Positions 57,402-64,000 of a DNA stretch of 64,000 nt are shown one piece after another. How positions within the stretch are numbered: the first letter of the stretch is position 1; the number at the start of each line of letters is the position of its first letter. Both the position numbers and the translations under genes were made by a program. A model generated the notes under the pieces. That model searched no databases and was not told the origin of the DNA. It saw only the letters and a program-made list of their open reading frames with translations. Source of the DNA: Alphaproteobacteria bacterium. GTDB lineage: Bacteria > Pseudomonadota > Alphaproteobacteria > SHVZ01. Location of the stretch: the NCBI GenBank assembly GCA_044223515.1, contig JBGALV010000003.1, positions 37,821 through 101,820 on the forward strand, read 5' to 3'.

Positions 57402-59189
57402 TCAGGTGGGGTGTGTGCGGCAGGCAACAGGCCGTTCCGCGGGTCGCGACTCCAGGATTTCCGCGGGTGCGGCGGAGACGTCCTTAAGAACAGACGCCCA
57501 ATCCCCGGGACTCGGTTGGCGGAGCAGCCGGTGGGTAGGGTACCAGGGAGAGTCGATGCGTCCGAGAAGCCAGCGGAAGTCCGGAATATGGTTGAGGAGG
57601 ACGAGGCCCGGGCGCCCAAGTCCGCCTGCCAAGTGAAGGGCTGACGTATCCACGCCGACCACGACGGAGATATCTTCGAAGACTCGCGCGGTATCCAGGA
57701 AGTCCTTGTTGCCGACAAGACAGGGAATAAGGTCGTCGAGCTCGCCTGCCCGCGGCCCGAATTGGAGACTGACGACCTCGCCGATACCCGCGTCCATCAG
57801 CTGATGCACCAGGGTCCGGGCGTTCTCAGGCGAGATGGACCGGGCCCGGTCGCGCGGATGCACGGCGTTTCCGCCCCAGACGACTCCGATCACTGGGCGC
57901 TCCGGGCGGTGGAAGGCCGGCTTGCTTGTCGGCAGGTAGGGCACGTCTCGCGGAATTGTCGCGAGCGTTGTCTGGAAGATGCGAGGCAGCGACATCAGCG
58001 GCGCGTGCCGGTCGAATGCCGGCAGGACGTCGCCTTGGACGCAGACCTCCTCGATGGAGGGCATGAGCGCCAGCAGGCGGCGGAGCGGCCGCTGGCACTC
58101 GAGGATCACGCGCGCTCCGCGCGCGGCCACCAGCGGCGCGTAGCGGATGAACTGCAGCGTGTCGCCGAGGCCCTGCTCCGCATGAAGAAGGATGCGCCGA
58201 CCGGCCAGATCCTCGCCGGCCCATTCCGGAACCGGCCACTTGCGGGGCGGCGTTGGAAACCGGCGCATGCGCCAGCGTGCTTCGTAGCCGCGCCAGCCTT
58301 CGGAGAAGTTCCCCTCGAGAAGCTGGGCGAGCGCGAGGTTCCAGCGGGCCTCGGCATAGCCGGGCTTCAGGCTGAGCGCGCGTTGGAGATGAATCTTGGC
58401 TACGGAGAGCCGGAGGCGGTCGAAATCGGCAAGGCCGAGGTTGTAGTGCGCTTCGGCGAAGTCCGGTCGCCGCGTCACGGCTTTCCGGAGCCGGGAGGCG
58501 GCCGCATCGGGGCGGTCGTCGGCAAGATCGGCGGCCCCCAAAGCATTGATGACGTCTGGCGAAGCCGTCGACAGGGCTCCCGCCCGCAGCGCGTGGCGGC
58601 GTGCCGCCGCGCCATCGCCGCGGCTCAGCTCGACGAGCGCCAGGTTGAGAGTTGCTTCCGGGAGAACGGGGTCCGCCGCAATCGATTGACGAAAGAAGCG
58701 TCCGGCCATATCGACGCCGTCGAGCTCGACCGCGGCACGACCGAGATCGTTCAGCGTCGCGCTCTCACCGGGCCGCAGGGCATTCGCGGCGGCGAAGACG
58801 GCAAAGGCACCGGCGGCGTCGCCCGCGCTCATGAGGACCCCGCCGAGATTGCGCAGCCAGAGGGGGTCGGGACCGCTGATCGACAGAGCGCGCCGGTAGC
58901 TACCGATGCTTTCCGGCCGAAGACCGCGCGCGGCGAAGGCATTTGCGCGGTGGCCATGGGCGCTGGCGAGCGCTGGTTCGTGGATTAGGGCCTGGCGAAA
59001 CTCGGCCTCTGCCTCATCCGCACGCGACTGATCGGTGAGCACGACGCCGAGAAGATCTCGCGCCGGCGCACCGGCGCCAGAGGCGATCGCCTGCCGATAC
59101 GCGTCGGCCGCCTCGGAAACGCGGCCTTGCCGGTGATGTTCCAGCCCGGCGTCGATCAGCGCCTTGATCGCATGAAGCGCCTGCGTCAT
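57402..59189 (-). CDS. TPR + GT9-like glycosyltransferase
   Basis: EQGLGDTLQFIRY, DTSALHLAGGLG, DFRW...PWYP; ATGA-coupled start. Confidence 0.9.
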   Translation of the reverse strand: MTQALHAIKALIDAGLEHHRQGRVSEAADAYRQAIASGAGAPARDLLGVVLTDQSRADEAEAEFRQALIHEPALASAHGHRANAFAARGLRPESIGSYRRALSISGPDPLWLRNLGGVLMSAGDAAGAFAVFAAANALRPGESATLNDLGRAAVELDGVDMAGRFFRQSIAADPVLPEATLNLALVELSRGDGAAARRHALRAGALSTASPDVINALGAADLADDRPDAAASRLRKAVTRRPDFAEAHYNLGLADFDRLRLSVAKIHLQRALSLKPGYAEARWNLALAQLLEGNFSEGWRGYEARWRMRRFPTPPRKWPVPEWAGEDLAGRRILLHAEQGLGDTLQFIRYAPLVAARGARVILECQRPLRRLLALMPSIEEVCVQGDVLPAFDRHAPLMSLPRIFQTTLATIPRDVPYLPTSKPAFHRPERPVIGVVWGGNAVHPRDRARSISPENARTLVHQLMDAGIGEVVSLQFGPRAGELDDLIPCLVGNKDFLDTARVFEDISVVVGVDTSALHLAGGLGRPGLVLLNHIPDFRWLLGRIDSPWYPTHRLLRQPSPGDWASVLKDVSAAPAEILESRPAERPVACRTHPT

Positions 59190-60955
59190 CGCCGGGATTC
59201 CGGTGCGCAAGCGGCGAGAATGGCGTCCTCCGCCGCACGTATCGGATCTGCGTCGCCGAACAGCCGGTCGAGCCTGCCGACGATCCGGTGTGCTTCGGCC
59301 CGGCGAAAGGGAGCGTCTACCCCGAGGCGAGCCGCGCGCTGGACATAGTCGTCGCGGTTCGATGCGGCCATGTCGTCGAGGCCCATCTTCGTCAGCGCCG
59401 CGAAGGTGTGCCGGCTTCGCATGCTGTCCCCCGGCAGGGTGACGACGGGCACGCCGTTTCCGATCACCTCGATCGTCGAGTTGAAGCCCGACCAGCCGAT
59501 CGAGTCGAGGAGCACGTCGGCATGCCTCGCGATACCCAGAAAGCCGGCCTCGGTCAGCGTCGGCAGCATGAGAATGCGCGAGGCAGGATCGTGGCCTGCG
59601 GCAGCGAATGCCCGTGACAGCCGATCGACGAAGGCTCGCGTGATTGCCGGCATCGGGCCGGAGAAGAAGACGAACCGGCCGCGAGGCACGGCGTCCGCAA
59701 TGCGGACCAACAGCACGTCATCCTGAGGCAGGTACTTATAAAGAGACTGGGCGCAGAGGTAGACGACGTCATCGGCGCCGATGCCGGCGTCCTGCCGTGA
59801 GAGGGGCGCTGGCGAAACCGTACTTGGCGTGTAGAGACATCCAAGGCCGGAAAGCCGTACGAGCCGCTCGACGTAGCGTGCGTCGCCGTCTTCCGGCTCC
59901 ATCAGGTCGCTCGAGAAGAACAGGTCCATGGTCGGATATCCCGACGTGGTCGGGTGACCCCAGGACATCGCCTGCACCGGCGCCAGCTTGAGTGCCGCGA
60001 GCCAGGCGGCGACGGGATCCATGCCGATCTCGGGATAGTAGAGAAAGTCTATCCGGTCGCTTCGGATGCGTTGCGCCAGCGCCATACGGTCGAGCGGCCC
60101 GGCAACGAACCGGTCGAGGCGCGCGGCGGCCGAGGTCGTGATGTCATCGGTGACCGGGCTCGTGTGGTAGCCGAAGACTTCGAAGCGGGATCGATCGAGC
60201 GCTTCGACCCAACCGGCCAACGCCATTTTCCATACGGAGTGACGCCGGAAGTAGCCGGAGGCCAAGCCGATACGCAGGCGCTCCTTGGGATCCCTTTCGC
60301 GTCTCGTCGGGGGGCGAGCCAGATCAGGATGACGTGCCGCCAAGGCTCGGCACAACAACCGCCCATAGCGCGCCTGGAGCTGGCGATCGTCACGCGCCTG
60401 ATAGGCGAGGAAGAAAGGCTGAACCGAGCCGACCGCGTCGGCGAATCGCGCGAGATCCTCGGCGTTCGCGACCTCGGACCATGCCTCGAGCGCGGCGAGG
60501 GCTTTCGAGTAGGCCTCCCTTGCCCGCTCGATCTCCGCTTCGGTTTCGTAGAGGACGGGCAGCTCGGAGACGCAGGCCCCCAGTCGCGCGCGCCCATCCG
60601 ACGGGTTCGTCGCCAAGGCGCGCGCATAGCGCAGGCGCGCCTCGTCCGTCTGGCCGCGTATCCAGGCGGTGTTGGCGAGGCTTTCGCTCGCGGGCGCCAC
60701 GGCGCCTCCTAAAGCAAGAGCGCATCGCAGCCATCGTTCCGCCTCGTCGCTCCGGGACAGGCGTTTCAGGGCGTTCGCGAGATTGACGCGCGCGATCGCG
60801 TCGGACGGCGCAAGGGCAATCTGCCGCGCGAATGAAACGGCGGCTCGCTCGGCGTGCGCGGCGCGGATGGAAGCCGCGCCGAGATCGTGCCAAGCCGAGG
60901 CATCGCTCGGGGTCGAAACGAGAGCACAGCGCGGACGGAGGTCGAAAGCCGTCAT
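59186..60955 (-). CDS. TPR + GT41 glycosyltransferase, distinct subtype
   Basis: SGYFRRHSV, YPEIGMDP, SWGHPTTSG, AQSLYKY, WSGFNST; ATGA-coupled start at 60955. Confidence 0.88.
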   Translation of the reverse strand: MTAFDLRPRCALVSTPSDASAWHDLGAASIRAAHAERAAVSFARQIALAPSDAIARVNLANALKRLSRSDEAERWLRCALALGGAVAPASESLANTAWIRGQTDEARLRYARALATNPSDGRARLGACVSELPVLYETEAEIERAREAYSKALAALEAWSEVANAEDLARFADAVGSVQPFFLAYQARDDRQLQARYGRLLCRALAARHPDLARPPTRRERDPKERLRIGLASGYFRRHSVWKMALAGWVEALDRSRFEVFGYHTSPVTDDITTSAAARLDRFVAGPLDRMALAQRIRSDRIDFLYYPEIGMDPVAAWLAALKLAPVQAMSWGHPTTSGYPTMDLFFSSDLMEPEDGDARYVERLVRLSGLGCLYTPSTVSPAPLSRQDAGIGADDVVYLCAQSLYKYLPQDDVLLVRIADAVPRGRFVFFSGPMPAITRAFVDRLSRAFAAAGHDPASRILMLPTLTEAGFLGIARHADVLLDSIGWSGFNSTIEVIGNGVPVVTLPGDSMRSRHTFAALTKMGLDDMAASNRDDYVQRAARLGVDAPFRRAEAHRIVGRLDRLFGDADPIRAAEDAILAACAPESRR

Positions 60956-62901
60956 GCGTGCGCGAAGGCGCGATGCGCTTCCTCGAAGACGGCTTCTAGC
61001 TCGCGTGCGAGCGGCCGCCCATCCGTCAGGCGGGACGCGGTCAAACGCTGGCGAAGCTCTTGCCGGAGTGCACGGCGCCGTTCGTCGGCAGCCACGAGGA
61101 CGCGCCCATTTTCGAGAAAGCCGGCGTCGTCCTCGGCAACGAGATCGGGGAGACCTGCGGCGGAAAGTATCGACGCACCCATCCGCCCCATCATGCGTCC
61201 GGCCGTCCGGCTCAGGACGGGCACGCCCATCCATAGAGCTTCGAAAGTGGTTGTGCAGCCGTTGAAGGGGACCGGGTCGAGAGCGATGTCGATGTCGCGA
61301 TAGGTATCGAGGTGGGTCTCGCGGCTGTCGACCCGCGTCGAGAAGTCGAGAGCGTCGGCTCTTACGCCGTGTGCGGCGAATTCCCGGCGGATACGGTCCT
61401 GGATGCTCCGGTCGTCGTAAAGATTCTTGTACTTCAAGAGCAGCCGCGCGTCCGGAAAGGCGCGCAGCAGCGGTGCCCAGAGAGCGATCGTAGCGGGCCC
61501 GATCTTGGCCGGGTTGCTGAACGATCCGAACACGATGCGATCGCCGTTCTGGCGCCGGACGTTCGAGAGCTGGCCTTCAGGCATCGTGAAGCAGAAGAGG
61601 CAGGAGACAGCCAGAGGCGGCTCGGAAAGGGCTCCTCGATCCGAGGGCGGGCACAGGAGCGGATCGACGACGATCCCGTCGATCTCGGGCGATCCGCTGC
61701 TCGCGACGTCGAGCAGGGAGAGCTGTACGGGGGCCGGGCGGAACGAGGCGACGCCGAGGCGGTTTCGCGCGGTGTTCCCGGCGAGGATGACCAGCACGTC
61801 GATTCCGTCCGCGCGGATCCGCTGGGCGATCGTCTCATCGTCGTCGCCGGTGACTTCCACCCAGCGATCGGCGGTGCTCGCGAGCCGACCCGTCATATCG
61901 TCGCGTCGGCCGATGTCGGCGTAGCACGTGATCTGGAACTTGCCCCGATCGTGAGCCTCGATCGCGGGCGCGATGTTGTAGGCGACAGGATGCTTCCAGA
62001 AATCGGCCGAAACATAGGCGAGGCGAATCCTGTCCGCACATCCGGAGGACCTCGGTCGCGGGTGGACCGGTCGTTGCTCGGCCTGCCGACGGGCCCGCGC
62101 GTAGCCGAGTTCCTGCGCCGGAGTCGTCCGGTGATCGTAGAGCGAGATCATCAGGCGCGCGCTCCATGAGGCAGGCCTCCGCGGTTCGATGGTCGTCGCG
62201 CGTGCGACGATCACGCTCGCTGCCAGAGGATCGCCCGCGGACGAGGCGATCCTGGCCAAGCGCAACCACAGGCCCGCATCGCCTGGACCGAGAGCGGCAG
62301 CACAATGCAGTTGGTGCCAGGCTCCGCTCGTCTCGCCGAGATCAGCGAGAATCCCGGCCAGGGTGAAGCGAAGGTCGATCGACAGCGGGTTCGCCCGCAC
62401 GGCGGCCTCGAGCAGGCGCGCCGCTTCGCCGGCATGGTCGGCCTCGCCGAGTGCCAGCGCGAGATTGAGGATGGCGCCGCCATCGCCAGGCTGCAGCGCC
62501 AGGGCTCGCCGTCCGTGGCGAACCCGTCGCCCGGCGGTGAAGATCGGCATCGCCGACACGTTCGCGTGGAACGGGAAGACGTCCGGCGCGAGGGCTAGGG
62601 CGCGTCTCATCGCGCGGCGCGCGAGCGGACCGTCGCTGAGGATGGCGAGATTTGCGTGGAGCGCCGCCGCGACTGGGACGATCGCGATCGCGCGCCCGAT
62701 ATGGGTTCTGGCGAGATCCCGCCGGCCTCTCTGCAGTGCGTCCTGGGCGAGCGCCACATGCAGCTCGGCATCCGCGGGCCCGCTCGCCAGGCGGCCAGAA
62801 ATTTCACTCCCGACGGGGCGAGCGCGCGCATCCTCGGGCATGCGGATGGAGGAGGCTGCCACCGATTCAGTTTCGGGCATGGTCATTGCCATAGCCCCCA
62901 A
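60952..62901 (-). CDS. TPR + GT41 glycosyltransferase
   Basis: AYVSADFWKHPV, FGSFSNPAKI, FNGCTTTFEALWMGVPV; start may be 62892 or 62886. Confidence 0.88.
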   Translation of the reverse strand: MGAMAMTMPETESVAASSIRMPEDARARPVGSEISGRLASGPADAELHVALAQDALQRGRRDLARTHIGRAIAIVPVAAALHANLAILSDGPLARRAMRRALALAPDVFPFHANVSAMPIFTAGRRVRHGRRALALQPGDGGAILNLALALGEADHAGEAARLLEAAVRANPLSIDLRFTLAGILADLGETSGAWHQLHCAAALGPGDAGLWLRLARIASSAGDPLAASVIVARATTIEPRRPASWSARLMISLYDHRTTPAQELGYARARRQAEQRPVHPRPRSSGCADRIRLAYVSADFWKHPVAYNIAPAIEAHDRGKFQITCYADIGRRDDMTGRLASTADRWVEVTGDDDETIAQRIRADGIDVLVILAGNTARNRLGVASFRPAPVQLSLLDVASSGSPEIDGIVVDPLLCPPSDRGALSEPPLAVSCLFCFTMPEGQLSNVRRQNGDRIVFGSFSNPAKIGPATIALWAPLLRAFPDARLLLKYKNLYDDRSIQDRIRREFAAHGVRADALDFSTRVDSRETHLDTYRDIDIALDPVPFNGCTTTFEALWMGVPVLSRTAGRMMGRMGASILSAAGLPDLVAEDDAGFLENGRVLVAADERRRALRQELRQRLTASRLTDGRPLARELEAVFEEAHRAFAHA

Positions 62902-63020
62902 GCCAACCCTCTGTCACGGCAAACTATTGACGGACTGCGGGCGATTTGTGCATTAGCTGGACCGCCGGACGCAACCCGGCCATTCTACGCGGGTCGTAGA
63001 CCCGTAATTGGAGGAAGACG

Positions 63021-63296
63021 ATGACGGCTTGGGACGATGTCGAGGCTGCCTGGCAGCTCTGCGACGTGGTCAATAACGACGAGGAAGGCTACAAGGACGG
63101 CGATCCGCCGAAGGCCTGGGCCAACGTCTTCTCCAAGACTCCGATGCTCGACGCCGACCGCACCCAGCGGGAGGGCGGCGGCGTTCCCCCGCTGCGTATC
63201 TTCCTGAAGACCGCCTACGGCATCGAGTTCCGTCCGGACACCAAGAAGTGGATCGTGTTCCGTCACGGTCCGGTCGACATCAGCGACATCACCTGA
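63021..63296 (+). CDS. Small acidic hypothetical protein (91 aa)
   Basis: Strong RBS GGAGGAA; strongly biased codons; possible -35 TTGACG at 62927. Confidence 0.78.
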   Translation: MTAWDDVEAAWQLCDVVNNDEEGYKDGDPPKAWANVFSKTPMLDADRTQREGGGVPPLRIFLKTAYGIEFRPDTKKWIVFRHGPVDISDIT

Positions 63297-63326
63297 CGTT
63301 CCCCACCTCCAGGCGATGGGGCGCCG

Positions 63327-64000
63327 GTGCCGTCGGATGAGCGAGGGTTCGATCGATCCCTCGCCGAGGCAGCGGAGCTCCATCGATCGGGGCGTCTCGA
63401 CCAGGCGGAGCAGACCTATCTCCGTCTGCTGAGTGAAGCTCCTTCCCACGACGGGCTCTACGATCTTCTCGGTCTGATCGCACATCAGCGCAACCGCCGC
63501 GACCTCGCCTGCCGGTGGTTGCGGCAGGCGCTGGCTCTCGTTCCCGGTCGCGCCAAGGCCTGGCGCGACCTGGCGCTCCCGGACGAAGGGCGGGCGGGCC
63601 GGTTCGTCGGCCGGGCAGCCTCGATCGAACCCCATGCCGCCGAACATTGGTTCATGCTGGACCGTGCCGTCGGAGCCGAGAACGCCCTCCGCCGCGGCCT
63701 CTCGCTGAAAGCGGATGAAGCCTCAGCCTGGATGCGACTGTCGGTCAGCCTGCTCGCTCGCGGACTCGCCGGCAGAGCCCTGGTCCTGGCGCGACGCGCC
63801 GAAGCGATCCTCGGCAACTCCGCCGGACTCGAAGTAAGGGAGTTGGCAAAGCCGCCCGCCGACGGATGCCGGATCCGGCCGGCGCGGCTGATCCTCGATG
63901 ACGGCGAGCTATCGATCGCTCCCTACTGCGTTTCCATGACGCGCGCAGTCGTCACCGGCGACTTCATGGTCATGCCGACGCCGACTCATGTCCTCGTCGA
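63327..64000 (+). CDS. TPR protein, partial (probably another TPR-glycosyltransferase)
   Basis: Manual translation from GTG 63327: ...LAEAAELHRSGRLDQAEQTY...LLGLIAHQ..., open to the window edge. Confidence 0.7.
   Translation, partial: MPSDERGFDRSLAEAAELHRSGRLDQAEQTYLRLLSEAPSHDGLYDLLGLIAHQRNRRDLACRWLRQALALVPGRAKAWRDLALPDEGRAGRFVGRAASIEPHAAEHWFMLDRAVGAENALRRGLSLKADEASAWMRLSVSLLARGLAGRALVLARRAEAILGNSAGLEVRELAKPPADGCRIRPARLILDDGELSIAPYCVSMTRAVVTGDFMVMPTPTHVLV

Overview
This is a GC-rich window, probably from an alphaproteobacterial (Rhodospirillales-like) plasmid or chromid; the taxonomy is inferred from gene content only. Replicon functions: ParA with a Pro-rich partner, a DUF1612/HTH-like protein, a Cre-like tyrosine recombinase fused to a DUF2971-like domain with a 34-bp lox-like site upstream, and a RepA_C-type initiator with an iteron/GANTC-rich upstream region. 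Almost everything else is a protein-glycosylation island: 10 TPR-GT41 (OGT/SPINDLY-like) paralogs, 4 TPR-GT9/FlmG-like paralogs, about 5 other GT-B enzymes, 2 TPR-2OG-Fe(II) oxygenase-like paralogs, a partial pseudaminic-acid-like pathway with tailoring enzymes (amidotransferase-HisH-HisF, GNAT, carbamoyltransferase, class III aminotransferase), a divergent SecA paralog, and an apparently monocistronic Ser/Thr-rich secreted S-layer-like gene with strong expression signals. The main hypothesis is a plasmid-borne glycosylate-then-export system for a surface protein, analogous to Gram-positive SecA2/SRRP or SecA2/S-layer systems. All family assignments come from motifs recognised by eye; no searches were run. 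I saw no rRNA, tRNA or CRISPR array.
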